Positions 1 through 12,531 are shown, counted from the stretch's first letter. The stretch is DNA of 64,000 nucleotides from Eledone cirrhosa (GCA_964016885.1 OZ024742.1:266786001-266850000); one strand, 5' to 3'. Translations and numbers: made by a program. The notes: generated by a model from the letters alone, not told the origin.

Positions 1-1502
1 TTTTCTGATAACCGAATGCTGAAGTAATGCGCCAGCTACTTTACCTAGATTATAAATTCATCTATATGTACCTATAATTATTGATACGTTTCTCTATGTT
101 ACTAAATGACCAAATATTAATCTTTAACAGCTATAGTATTCAGGAATTTAAGTAACTAGTAATCAAGCAAATGTTTTAGTTGACCATGTAACATTTTTAG
201 CGCTTTCTTGACTAAATTCCAGCGATGGCGCTTCAATGTATTTTTTTAAACTACGTACTTAAATAAGTTGCTCTTAAAGGGGAATGTCATTATGATTTTG
301 ATAGTTACTATTCCATTTGATTTAAGCCAAAGATATCCTCTTTGTTAGATGAATGGCTATACTATTGAATATTTGATGAAGAGAAACCTTTTTCTCGACA
401 TTATAAAGCTACATTTTAGCAGCTTCTATTCACCAAACAGCGTGATCCTTACGAGCAACAAGGTCGAACAATATGGTAATTTTGCTGACAACGACAGTGA
501 CAATGGCAGCAACAGATATACCAAAAAATTACAAGAATATCCAGAACATAGAATTGGCAGCCAACGGACTATCGAATTACACCATACTCTTAAAAGTAGA
601 ACACATTAAATAATGTAATCAGTTATAGAAGAGATGATGCGTATAATAAACGTTTTTCGTGGAGTTATGAAATTGTAATAGCGATCGATATAAATGATTA
701 AAATAGTTACAGATATTTTTCAGTTGGTTATATGAAAAAGAAGAGGTAAAACTTGACCACCATTATTAAAATATTAAATTATTCTATTCGACAACATTTG
801 CATAAACAGACATTTGTTTAGTGTAAGAGAGCTGTTACTGATTATGACTTAATATAAAGGATACTTGTATATTACATCATGTAGTAAGCTATGTAATTTT
901 AATCAACAAAGATTGTATCAGTATTGAGGTGAAACAATTATTAATCTAATGACTAATTCTAGGCATGTTTATAGGACATACTACCCAACAATTTAAATTG
1001 TTTGTTGAGTTGGCACTTACATGGGATGAGTTTGATCGGTCCCAATCAGTGAATCCACAGCTGAAGATTCCCAAGTAAAGGATTATTAGAAATACTAACA
1101 GAAAAACTACCCTTCGGGTGGTTTTCTGCTAGCATGTGTAGTGTGTATATTGATATTATACACACATATATATGCATGTAGATATGATACATCAAATAAA
1201 ATCGTAATTGACAATATACACAGAAATTGAACGAAGTCTATGTTACACTGTCTTCTGTAATCAGTAAAGTAATCCATGATACATTTAAAAAAAGACGATA
1301 TTATATATAAACTGCATTAGGAGAAAATTAGCGACGGAAATATATGCAATATTTTTTTATAAGAGTTATAATATAACGGTCGCTAACCGGAAGTGTTGAC
1401 ATTTGAAAATTTTAAAGAAGTGAATCTTTAAATAAGCTATAAAATATATTTAATCAACAGCCACGAAATTTAGCATATAAATTATGTAATATTCATTCAT
1501 TA

Positions 1503-1690
1503 TGGATTGGCAGTATCGGTAGAGGGTCGGACGCCATGCTTTGACGCAAAGAGTTACAGCCCTTTATGGTCTGAGTTCAAATCCCGCCGAGGTTAACTTT
1601 GCCTTTCATCCTTACGGGGTCGATGAAATAAAGTACCAGTAATGCACTGGGATAATTGCTGGCCTTGTGCCAAAAGTAGAAATAACTATT
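1503..1690 (+). mobile_element. tRNA-derived SINE with Deu/Nin-like central domain (SINE-1)
   Basis: A-box-like TGGCAGTATCGG, B-box GAGTTCAAATCC, central GCCTTTCATCCTTACGGGGTCGATGAAATAAAGTACCAG, tail GGCCTTGTGCCAAAAGTAGAAA; about 14 copies in the window. Confidence 0.9.
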
Positions 1691-2301
1691 TATTCAAAGT
1701 AATCCAACTTATTTTACAAACGGGATAAAAAAATATATTCTGGATGCAGTCCCGCACTTCTTTCTTTATTATAGTTAGGATGGTTTTTGCAGGTGGTTTC
1801 CAGGAAAAAGCAGAACATTTGAATATGCACTCTAGTAATCAGTAACAACTAAATTGTGGCTAACTTAATTTAGAAGTAATACACCCATCTACAGCAGTGA
1901 ACTATATTGAAAATATATGTGAAGTTGTCGATAACCAAACAGGCTGAGGCAGCAAGCTCGTGTAATAATAGCAGTCACTATGTAAGAGATAACAAAGAGG
2001 CTTCTCTATGTGGATGTTCGATCTGTAAGAATTTATAGTCAAATTTTCCTCAAATCGTATCCTACTATCTAAAATGCGAACTCATTGGGTAAAATAATTC
2101 ATGAATAATGATTTATTATCGGTGTGCTCCACGAAGGCTAACCCAATGTTAGGCTACAAAAACATCGTCATCAACTGCAAATACAGCAACCGTATAAATG
2201 TATATATATATTAAACAAAACCAAGCTAAACATTCCGACTAAAATATGAACTGTTTATCATGTCAAAATGGCTAGAATATGTGTTGTATTCCACAAAATA
2301 T

Positions 2302-2490
2302 AATTTTTTCTACTTTTGGCACAAGGCCAGCAATTACCCAGTGCATTACTAGTACTTTATTTTATCGACCCCCTAAGGATGAAAGGCAAAGTTGACCTCG
2401 GCGTGATTTGAACTCAGAATGGAAAGGGCCGTAACTCTATGCGTTAAAGGATGGCGTCAGACCCTCTACCGATACTGCCAATCCACCACC
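2302..2490 (-). mobile_element. SINE-1 copy
   Basis: Reverse complement of 1503-1690; flanked by TCCACAAAATATAAT repeat. Confidence 0.9.
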
Positions 2491-2509
2491 AATGTATTCC
2501 ACAAAATAT

Positions 2510-2699
2510 AATTGTTTCTACTTTTGGCACAAGGCCAGTAATTATCCCAATGCATTACTGGTACTTTATTTTGTCGACCCCGTAAGGATGAAATGTAAAG
2601 TTAACCTCGGCGGGATTTGAACTTAGAGCGTAAAGGGCCGTGACTCTATGTTGAAAAGCATGGTGTCCGACTCTCTACTGATACTGCCAATCCATCGCC
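2510..2699 (-). mobile_element. SINE-1 copy (tandem with previous)
   Basis: Reverse complement of SINE-1; same flanking repeat. Confidence 0.9.
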
Positions 2700-3387
2700 C
2701 AATCCAGCGCCCACTCCACAAAATCTAATGAGAAAACAATAGAACTGGTGTTGAGAGATATTGGCAACTTATGAAGTAAATAGTGAGACGTCAATCTGGA
2801 AAATAATGATAATATTCATTTACATTTTCTTACTGTAACTGCAGGAATGGAGTATTCACAAATAAACAGCGATACAGTCTCCATTAACTTTCCAACATGG
2901 CTATCAAGAAGTGAAAATTGAAATAAATATCAGTCCACGGAGAAATCATTAGAATTGCTTCAATGCAGGACAATGTAAACTAACAAATACTTATCAACTA
3001 AAATTAAAAGATTCGCAACGATCTTTGAAATGTAAACGTAGAAATATGTTTTAAAGGTTTAGAATCATGCAGATTGGCCGAAAACGAAATTTATAAGAAA
3101 TTAGACATAGATCCTTATTAGTGTTTAAGGGAATACAAAAATATTTAATTGAAATCACAGACGCCATTTCTCAATAGGAGATGGATAATTTCTGAAGAGA
3201 AATCTGGAGTGAGGAGAAGGAATTTTAATAAAAATGAAGCATGTCATCTTAGTATGAAGACTAAATACTCCCATAGCTAGTTACATATCCCTCCTGAAGA
3301 ACACTAATATTCAATACACGCTTGATTGGAGAATCATCACTAAATAATCGCAGTACAGACCCCCTAACAAGACCTGTGACCTTTGTC

Positions 3388-3715
3388 TCTCTGAATCACA
3401 CGCACAATATAAAGCGCACCTACATCGGCGCAACATCCGCGACCTTTAAATCGCGGATGTATAACCACACGAAATCTTTTAAGGACCGGAGGAAGAGGTA
3501 CTCTACTAGGCTGGCGGACCTGGTGTGGGACTTGAAAGACAAAGGCACCCCGTATGCCCTTAACTGGAGTATCGTTCGGCACGCGAATGCATATTCGGCT
3601 GGAAATAGAAAGTGTAGGCTATGCCTATCCGAGGCCATGGAGATAGTCAGACTGAAGGATGATGCGGTCAACCTGAAATCGGAAATAATCATGACGTGCA
3701 GACACCAGAGAAGTG
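3388..3715 (+). pseudogene. PLE GIY-YIG endonuclease C-terminal fragment, 5'-truncated, followed by probable 3' UTR to ~4700
   Basis: TYIGATSATFKSRMYNHTKSF...NWSIVRHANAYSAGNRKCRLCLSE...NLKSEIIMTCRH within ORF 3322-4032: YIG-T, R-x2-x-H, CxLC and NxxSE motifs typical of PLE endonucleases; local GC shift. Confidence 0.85.
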
Positions 3716-4715
3716 CACACTCTACGCATGGAATCCACCGGGCAGCTCAAACTAAAAGCATGCGGCGGTGCGCACGCCGACCAGAGTGGCGAAACGGGTT
3801 CAAGAGATCAGGCACCATACCCTGTGGGGTAAGCCGAAGTAACCCAGGATGCCCACCCGACTCTGCACGTTACCCTAGGCAAAGACATCGCCTGCGCCGG
3901 GACAGGTTGACCCGGATTCCACTGATATTCGGTCCAATGCCTTATACCAATAAGACACTATACCTCAACCACAGCGACATACTCCAGTATGACCGGTCCA
4001 CGCACCCCCCTGCATGTGTATCTTTTCAATAGAGAGTGCATACTCTCTACGTATTCCATTTTGTAACACCTAATGTATTTTCCGTATACAGACCCACGTG
4101 TGTATCTCATACTTCTCTTGTGTACTATCTCATATACATACACGTTCCTTCTTTTTTATATATTCTGCACGCATTTTCTATGTACGGTCTGCGCATACTA
4201 TGTACTGTAATACCATGAACGCCCATTATGTGGCTTTGCGTGAAGATTCCATATGTGAATTGATCCATGTTCGCAACGTAACATCTCTGTAGACACATAC
4301 AACTGGGCGCACCCTTTTATGTATAGTACACTGTGTATCTCTATGTGCCGTTACATGTATATTTTTATATTTTTAATATATTTTATATTTTATATTTTTT
4401 ATATATATGTATATACGTATATATATGTATATATATATATGGGTATGTATGTATTTTTTATATTTTTTATATGTGTACATGTTTATAACAAGATGCATCC
4501 TTTCATGTACGACCCATTGTGTATCTTCATATGACTTTGTGTGTATATTCTGTTTATGTATATATATATATAGATATATATATATATATATTTATGCGTG
4601 CGTGGGTGTGTATGGGAATATGCGCATATTTATAGGAGTGTATATGGGCCAGTGTGCGTGTGTGTGTGTGTACAAGCACCACTGCAGGGAAAGGGCTTGT
4701 TTGTGTATATATATC

Positions 4716-4843
4716 ACGAAGGAAATGTGGTAAGGAACCAGATGGACCATAACGCACCAAAGTACTCAATACTTAGGGTAGAAGAGTGGGAAATAATTAG
4801 CCGTCGAAACGGCTTGAGCTCAGCCGTCGGGGTCCTACTCGTT

Positions 4844-4846
<3 letters not shown>
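4716..4846. mobile_element. PLE family D terminal fragment, inverted + direct pieces, with 3' half of a hammerhead
   Basis: 4716-4795 is the reverse complement of 60088-60166; 4796-4846 is GCCGTC-GAAA-CGGCTTGAGCTCAGCCG-TC-GGGG; flanked by (TA)n. Confidence 0.75.
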
Positions 4847-4900
<54 letters not shown>

Positions 4901-4906
<6 letters not shown>

Positions 4907-5347
4907 ATACTTTGGGAGGGTCATGTTGCCAATAAGAAACACACGCACCAGTTGCTTTCACTTCAATTTATTATAATAAATTTATAATAAATTTATAAAT
5001 TTCTGGTTGGTTGGTTGGGTCCACAACCAGATAGTTGTTTATATATAGTCATAGTTCTTTCGTCACACACTCTGTGACCTCTTCAGTGACTGGGGATTCC
5101 TTTCTTTGTTTCTGTGCCTCTCAGAGTGTGTAACGAAAGAACTATGACTATATATAAACAACTATCTGGTTGTGGAACCAACCAACCAACCAGAAATTTA
5201 TAAATTTATTATAAATTTATTATAATAAATTGAAGTGAAAGCAACTGGTGCGTGTGTTTCTTATTGGCAACATGACCCTCCCAAAGTATAACAATATCGG
5301 TTTCAACATACGATTTCAGATAAATAATCTTGCTAAACAAATTCAGA

Positions 5348-5352
<5 letters not shown>
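4901..5352. mobile_element. PLE family A 3'-end fold-back cassette
   Basis: Arms ~4901-5074 and ~5122-5296 are reverse complements; the same sequence is linked to the GIY-YIG ORF at 11041-12535; (TA)n on both sides. Confidence 0.85.
5047..5091 (-). ncRNA. Minimal type I hammerhead ribozyme motif (family A)
   Basis: Minus strand AGTCA-CTGAAGA-GGTCACA gagtg TGTGAC-GAAA-GAAC-TA-TGACT: helix I 5 bp, helix II 6 bp, very short helix III. Confidence 0.75.
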
Positions 5353-5382
<30 letters not shown>

Positions 5383-6125
5383 GCGTGTTTGCGAGCGAGC
5401 GTGTATCTGTGCGTGTATATATGGGTACATGTGTGTATGTGTGTGGGCGTGGGTGGAGGGGGAGGTCTATGTATATGTCTGTACGGGTGTGTTTGCGTGT
5501 ACGTGTATATATATACGCGTATGCATGTGTATGAGCATGTGTGTGTGTGTGTGCGTGTTGATGTATATAGGCTTGTGGGCATGTGCCTCTCTGGATGAAT
5601 GTATGCGTACGTTTATATGTTTATATGTTCTCCATAATGTGTGGGTTTAGCGGGAGTCTATGCGTACGACTGTCGTTATCTATGCGATTGTGTGTGTGTG
5701 TTTGTGTGAGTGCGCGCGTGGATGTGTCAAACCGGAAGTAATTCATTGAAGTGTAGCAGACATGGGACAGCAGAATGGTACCTGTGGTCTGAATTATGAT
5801 GACGTAGACAACCAACGGCCAATCACTGGACGCGCGAAGAGGATGAAGTTTTTGACGGTACTGGCCCATAGGGTCAGATATCCCAGTGAGAGAATATGCT
5901 CCGAAATCATTAGACGTGTCTGTCGAACCTGCGGGTCCAGAATCAAACAGATCCACACAATGATCGTGTCTCGAGCTGTCCGCCGGCGAAACAATTTTAA
6001 CACACAATAAATTGAGTTCAGATGCATCACTGATTTTTCGTTTTATATTATATCATACTCTGCTCTGTAAGAGCATAGAGTGCTCAACCGGCATACCGCC
6101 TATGGAAGCATCTTAGCTTCCATCA

Positions 6126-6235
<110 letters not shown>

Positions 6236-6716
6236 CATAGTGGTTAAGCAATCAGCTCACTGCGTACATAATTTGTCATGCTGTTTTCTATAAAAGTATA
6301 CCAAACAGTTTAATAGAATGAAAACTAATAGAAAAGATAAAATATTTCTCAATAAAATATTTCTCATTAGCATATCACAAACGTTTGGAAGTAATAATTT
6401 AGCCAATAATCTGTCTACAGGTTGTTTGAATCTTACTTTAGCACAACACAGCATTCGATATTGAAATGGTCATATGGTCAAGACATTTGCTACATGGTTT
6501 CGGGCTACATCGAACTGTGCAGTACCTTGGGATACTTTTTATTTCTACAGTCACACAAAATAATTAGAGTTGAAACCGCACCTAATGTCTTTTCATATAT
6601 ACATGCAAGAAATATATTATAGTTAATTTTACATAAAGAAAGGATCATGGTTATTTAGTTTTCTTTTTTTACTGACCGCTGTCAGCTATGAATAGTTTCA
6701 TTATTAATTTTACAAT

Positions 6717-6905
6717 GGCGGTGGATTGGCAGTATCGGTAGAGGGTCGGACGCCATGCTTTCCAGCATAGTTACGTCCCTTTACGATCTGAGTTCAAATC
6801 CCGCCGGGTTGACTTTGCCTTTCATCCTTACGGGGTCGATAAAATAAAGTACCAGTAATGCACTGGGTAATTGCTGGCCTTGTGCCTAAAGTAGAAACAA
6901 TTATT
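6717..6905 (+). mobile_element. SINE-1 copy
   Basis: Full-length match to 1503-1690; flanked by TTATTAATTTTACAA duplication. Confidence 0.9.
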
Positions 6906-7719
6906 AATTTTACAAAGCAATCTTTGTTAGGTCGAACACAAGTTTTTCATTGGTACGCTTCCGTAAAATTCGGTGAAGTGTCATGTAACGCTGATGAGAG
7001 ATCGAAGCATAAATCACTAGCAAAACGCCAGAAATTGTGGAAAAGAACCTTGTAGAACCTTGTGGAAAAAAAACTCTTGTATGGAAACAGGTACCGAACA
7101 ATCTATAAAATCTTTCACGTGATCAGAATCAGATATATTATCTGCTAGAAGATTTTCTTGGAAACGTCTATTCCTAAATTATGAAAAATCTGTAGATACT
7201 CTATAAAGACTACAACTTTGTGTATGTAAATGTGATTATTGGCACATTTAGTTATGTAACTTACTGTCACAGCACCAAACCTGAGAAGTTATACTTCATA
7301 AAATCAGAAAGACATAACTAATTCTGAAATTACCATTACAAGGCAAGAAACTACTGAAATATGCAAAATACATAAAACTACAGTGTACATATTCACGAAC
7401 AGATATAAAGACATATAAATATGTACACGTACATAAATGAAAACAGATTCATACATGCAATGGCTTGCATTTATATCGCACACATGTGCTAACATAAATA
7501 CATAAATTCATACATACTTTCATGCGCACATAATTACCTACAAAAGTATGTACATAGGAATATAATATACATAACTACTTAGTTGATGTTATCTAACACA
7601 TACATACATGCATACATATATGTATACATACATGTATACATACATACATGCATACATGCATACATACATATATATACATACATGCATACATATATGTACA
7701 TACACACATGCATACATAT

Positions 7720-8520
7720 CTCACCAGGAATGTAACAGTACATACTAACCACCAAACGTAGAAGCCCATTCATAGAACATGTCCGCTTAAAGAAGGCAAA
7801 CAATATCATGAGAGTTGGGAAGGAGTTCTCTGACTGATAGCCAAAAACTTACACCCAGGGAAATTGCACAACAATACCGCAAAGAATCCATGAATCAAAA
7901 GTTCTCTGCTTATCAGCAAAAAATGATGCGTGGCTATGTTGCCAGAAAGCTTCAATGCAAGAGTAATATATATAAGCTAATTAATCAATCTTGGACCATA
8001 AACCAGTATATTAGCTCTCACTTTGAAGGATATACTTTTGCAATCCAAAAACAGGAAACAACAACGAAATATCTAGTGTACAAAAAGAAGAGGGATATAG
8101 GCAAAACCCCTATTTGAGACAACATATGCAGTCTTTGTGGAATAAACAGCGAAGGTGTTACTCGCATAATAAACAGCTGTTAAAAAGATGTCATCAGGAT
8201 ACTATCTACCTATGAGTCATATCGTAATGGTCAAATCACTATACATTACGTAGAAAGGATAGTTCTGAGAATAAAAATATAAAAGTTACAGCGATGTTGA
8301 GGGCATACGCATACATATTACGAAAGAGTACTGGTGGAATGTTAAAGTCAAAACCCCAATAAAATGCAAACATAATAGACCTGACAGTAATATGGGACAG
8401 AGAAAAGAAGGAATGCATTGTAGGGAAAATCAGTTGCACAACAGATGTTAATACAATGTTAAAGATTAGCGAAAAGGAAAAAAGTTTATGCTGAACTAAT
8501 AAGGAATCTGCAGATACCTC
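7720..8520 (+). pseudogene. Decayed RLE-type non-LTR retrotransposon (R4/Dong-like) C-terminal fragment
   Basis: HFEGYTFAIQKQE, CSLCG (CCHC knuckle remnant), EYWWNVKV and NRPD restriction-like endonuclease motif across frameshifts. Confidence 0.65.
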
Positions 8521-9263
8521 ACCCTAGTAACACGTTTAGATTTGTAAATGTGATTATTGGATATGTTACTGACTGCTTCAGTACAAGTCATGAGAGGCTG
8601 GGCTCCACAGAACCAGAAAGAGCACCGATAGTTAGTAAGGTACAAGTACAGTCCCTTAATGTAAAAATATGTAAAACATTTAAGAAATTTAGCATGTAAT
8701 AACTGCATATACACACGTCTATACAAACATATGCACGTGTACACATATAACTCAAAACTTACAGATCCGCACACGCAATAATACCCCTTTCTGCACACAC
8801 GCTCATATGTGTTTACCTAGTTGATGTCTAAATTCCAATGAAAGAGTTTTCTTTCTGTTAGAAACCGGTCGTCATTCTATTGGTAAAAATTTATAAAATA
8901 CTAAAACCAGAGGAAAATACATACATGCCTACAGATCCCTGGTTGAGGTGTCCGTTACATACTGTTCCCTCAATTTGTGGATGAGTTATAGACTGCTATT
9001 TCACACCATTATTACATGTACACGAACACTCACACACACAAACACCTATCTCACACTCTTCACTGCCCAATCCTATACCTTCACACATTTTCCTGCGATT
9101 TCTTCTACAGACTTCTCACTCTGTATTTTGTTGCTTCTGTTTCATTTCCACTTAACACTAAATTAAATTCTTTGAATAACCACGAAGAGCGACAAAAACA
9201 GTAAACAGCAACTTCATTCTGTACGGCACTTTCTCTAATAAAATAATATACACTGCATTCAAA

Positions 9264-9314
9264 ATGCATTGCGTCTTTCCTTTTAATTATTGGCTTCTCA
9301 CATCATGTGATCAG
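9264..9314 (+). CDS. Candidate first coding exon of host type II membrane protein gene (MHCVFPFNYWLLTSCDQ)
   Basis: AAAATG start context, CAG|gtacat donor in phase 0, compatible with the exon at 16392; no independent support. Confidence 0.35.
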
Positions 9315-9416
9315 GTACATTTAGCTACACAAAAACAACACACACGCGGGTACACATACCCAGATACACCCACTCATACATACTTACATGCATATATATA
9401 AATATATATATATGTT

Positions 9417-9620
9417 TATTTTGTCCTGAAGAGTGTCCAAAATCACCCTCCTCACCAAGTAAACTTGGTGGGTTGCCAGTTTAGTCGCCGACGACCCGAC
9501 CATGCGACAGGTTGTACTGGTTCACATGTTACCAGTAGCACTCAAGAGTGACCTGACAAAGGGCGGAAGAACTCATAAGAGTCAACGGCCATCCAAAAGT
9601 GTGTAAATATGTATATAGAC
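9417..9620. repeat. Interspersed repeat family E (probable PLE terminal fragment) between TA-rich tracts
   Basis: Second, partly inverted copy at 24167-24330. Confidence 0.6.
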
Positions 9621-9662
9621 ATGTACATATGTATGTGTATGTATATGCGTGTGTATATGCCT

Positions 9663-9850
9663 GGGGTGTCAGGGAGGGGCATGTACCTCTGTAGGGGGGG
9701 GGGACTAGCCATGCCCTTTTCAGGACAGCTCGTCCTGCATTGGGTCCCACCTGACACTCAGCTCTCACCTGTGGCCCCAAGAAGCTGTAGCATGCGACAG
9801 CGGCCACACCCCGGTAAACCGCCTTGGCTGGCGGGCCCAACCAGGTTGAG
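9663..9850 (+). ncRNA. Candidate HDV-like self-cleaving ribozyme at RTE 5' end
   Basis: P1 GGGGTGT(9663-9669)/ACACCCC(9806-9812), P2 CTCACCTG(9764-9771)/CAGGTTGAG(9842-9850), P3 GGC/GCC, P1.1 CC/GG(9813-9814), P4 CCGCC..GGCGG; predicted cleavage site coincides with the element start. Confidence 0.55.
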
Positions 9851-10985
9851 GGTAGCCGGACGGATCTGAAACCTCCTGGTGAGTTAGATAGGGGATGCCT
9901 GCCCCTGCATGCGAAGAATGGACCCGGCGGAGTGAGTGGCGGAGGACAACATCGTCCCAACGGTCACGAAGGCGGCGACAGCAAGCGGTATGGAATGCTA
10001 GGGCACGGTAAGGCACTACAGATGTCGTGGCCATCCACTGCAGGCAAGGAAGTCCCTGGACGTGACGGTCCACCGTACCACCGGATACTGGCTTCTGCTA
10101 CCGATGAGTGGGATTGTCACTGTGTACTGGCCATCCCACTATAAACCTTTCCCCGTACAGGTTTCTTCTTTAGCGTGCACTCCCAAAGCCCTGCGGCGAT
10201 GAACAGGTGGAGGTAACCTCTGGGAGTTGTTAGTCTCAAACCCACACGTGGGTGGCCTGGATGCGCAAGTCGTTCTCCTTCTGACCCTGGGATGACAGAG
10301 GAGATCAGGCGTTCCACCGGGCGACGGAGCAGCCCTTTTCAGGGGAGCACTGCTCACCCTCGCACGAGGGGAGGGGCGATAAAAGGAGCCCTAACCAAAT
10401 GCTCGTCCCACACAAAGCCGGCCAGTCTACCACGGCTGGCGGTTTTACCCTTCCAAGCGGTCGAAACCAACATAATAGAAAGAAGAACAACAATCCAGCG
10501 ATGAAGCAAAGGACGCTTTCTACGGGGAACTCAACGCACTCGTGAAAGGCGATAAACTCATCCTACTGGGGGACTTCAACGCAAGAGTCGGGTCTGACAG
10601 CAGCAACTGGAGAGGCGTGCTGGGACCTCACGGCACAGGGAAGCTGAACTCTAACGGCCTCATAACTGTTGAGTTTCTGCGCCGAGAACGACCTCACCAT
10701 CAGCAGCCCACTGTTCCGCCAGGCAGACAAGTTCAAGACGACATGGATGCACCCCAGATCCATCCAGTGGTATCTTATTGACTTTGCCATATGCCGCAGG
10801 AGGGACATCCGTGACGTCAGAATCATCAGGGCTATGCGTGCCCCAAGCGACTCCGGTCTCTTCCCCTTCCCCCACTGTCCCCGGACCTACAAGTCAAGGA
10901 TCGGCCTCCACAGCCACCTTCGTGCCCACAGCAGACGGGAACAACAATAAAGAAGATGTCATCATCGTTTACGATGGACAACCAG
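9663..10985 (+). mobile_element. Internally deleted RTE-clade LINE (5' UTR, APE endonuclease remnant, C-terminal C2H2 finger, 3' tail; RT absent)
   Basis: DKLILLGDFNARVG, FCAENDLTI, TTWMHPRS..W.LID (APE) joined directly to HCPRTYKSRIGLHSHLRAH; tail GAAGATGTCATCATCGTTTACGATGGACAACCA. Confidence 0.85.
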
Positions 10986-10990
10986 GATAT

Positions 10991-11046
<56 letters not shown>

Positions 11047-11197
11047 ATACTTTGGGAGGGTCATGTTGCCAATAAGAAACACACGCACCAGTTGCTTTCA
11101 CTTCAATTTAATTTAATATATATTTATAAATTTACAAATTTATAAATTTCTGGTTGGTTGGTTGGTTCCACAACCAGATAGTTGTTTATATATATAT

Positions 11198-11242
11198 AGT
11201 CATAGTTCTTTCGTCACACACTCTGTGACCTCTTCAGTGACT
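11198..11242 (-). ncRNA. Minimal type I hammerhead motif (family A)
   Basis: Same sequence as 5047-5091. Confidence 0.75.
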
Positions 11243-11688
11243 GGGGATTTCTTTCTTCGTTTCTGTGCCTTTCCTTTCTTCTATCCTACGCCATTTTGTT
11301 TGTGTGTGGGTTGCGTGCTCAGTTTGCGCATGCGCCACATCCGGGTGTCTGTGTGTGTTTGTGTTCATTTTTCTATTTTTCTATTTATATTTGTTTGTTT
11401 ATTTATTTATTTATTGTTGGTTGGTTGTTTGTTCTATGTGTGTGTGTGTTTTCATTTTGTCTTGTGTGTGTTTTCATTTTGTGTGTGTTTTCAATTGTAA
11501 GTTGTTTGTTCTATGTGTGTGTGTGTTTTCATTTTGTCCTTAATTGTAAGTTGTGATGTTGCTGTTCCACTCATATTTTCTATTTAATTTTGGTTTTAAT
11601 TCTTTTATGCTTACTGCCGCTGTAATTTGCCTAAACATTGCGTCTTTCTTGTGTGTGGATTCTATAAAAAAAAAAAAAAAAAAAAAAA

Positions 11689-12351
11689 ATGGTAAATAAT
11701 GACATAAATGGGACCTGCCCCTTGTATAGGAGCAAATTTTGGAATAGAATAGAAAGAACTAAGAACAAGGCCAATAGAATAAACTCATGGTATGATAGCA
11801 ATAAATACCAGAGTGTAATGTTCATCAATACAACCCCTAGAGGCGAACTAGCCTACAAATTTAGAAGGGCCCTAAAGAAACATAATCTCAATATTAAGAT
11901 AGTAGAAAGACCTGGTACCTCCGTAAAAACACTTATTAGCAAGACATACCCGTTCCAAAGACCCTCATGTATAGATAAGAAATGTATAACCTGTAAAATA
12001 AGCCCCCATATTAACTGTAAAACTAGAAATGTAGTATATAGCATAAGATGTACTGAAGGACAATGTAGAAACAAAAATATAGTGTACATAGGTGAGACAG
12101 CTCGTAGTATAGGGGAACGAATAAATGAACACTGGCGAGACCTCCAAGATAGTAAAGAATCATCTGTGCTCTACCAACATGCTAAAATAGAACACAGGGG
12201 TAAATTAGAGAGCATAGAAATAAAAATAGAATCCACACACAAGAAAGACGCAATGTTTAGGCAAATTACAGAGGCAGTAAGCATAAAAGAATTAAAACCA
12301 AAATTAAATAGAAAATATGAGTGGAACAGCAACATCACAACTTACAATTAA
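11689..12351 (+). CDS. PLE Cys-rich linker + GIY-YIG endonuclease, 5'-truncated (Neptune/Nematis-like)
   Basis: CIDKKCITC...[12 protein letters not shown]...YIGETARSIGERINEH...LYQH...RQITEAVSIKELKPKLNRKYEW; intact frame of 220 aa. Confidence 0.9.
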   Translation: MVNNDINGTCPLYRSKFWNRIERTKNKANRINSWYDSNKYQSVMFINTTPRGELAYKFRRALKKHNLNIKIVERPGTSVKTLISKTYPFQRPSCIDKKCITCKISPHINCKTRNVVYSIRCTEGQCRNKNIVYIGETARSIGERINEHWRDLQDSKESSVLYQHAKIEHRGKLESIEIKIESTHKKDAMFRQITEAVSIKELKPKLNRKYEWNSNITTYN

Positions 12352-12531
12352 GGACAAAATGAAAACACACACACACATAGAACAAACAACTTACAATTGA
12401 AAACACACACAAAATGAAAACACACACAAGACAAAATGAAAACACACACACACATAGAACAAACAACCAACCAACAATAAATAAATAAATAAACAAACAA
12501 ATATAAATAGAAAAATAGAAAAATGAACACA

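Noticed and set aside
349-609. 86-aa ORF
   Set aside because: No recognisable motif or convincing splice signals
1095-1131. Terminator-like hairpin (also 31912-31949)
   Set aside because: Eukaryotic DNA; CTAG-ended palindromes resemble Helitron-end remnants rather than Rho-independent terminators
1503-1590. tRNA gene
   Set aside because: A/B boxes belong to the SINE head; no complete cloverleaf; continues into SINE body
9548-9590. Hammerhead in family E (CTGACAA...CTCATAAGAGTC)
   Set aside because: Core imperfect and helices I and II cannot be formed
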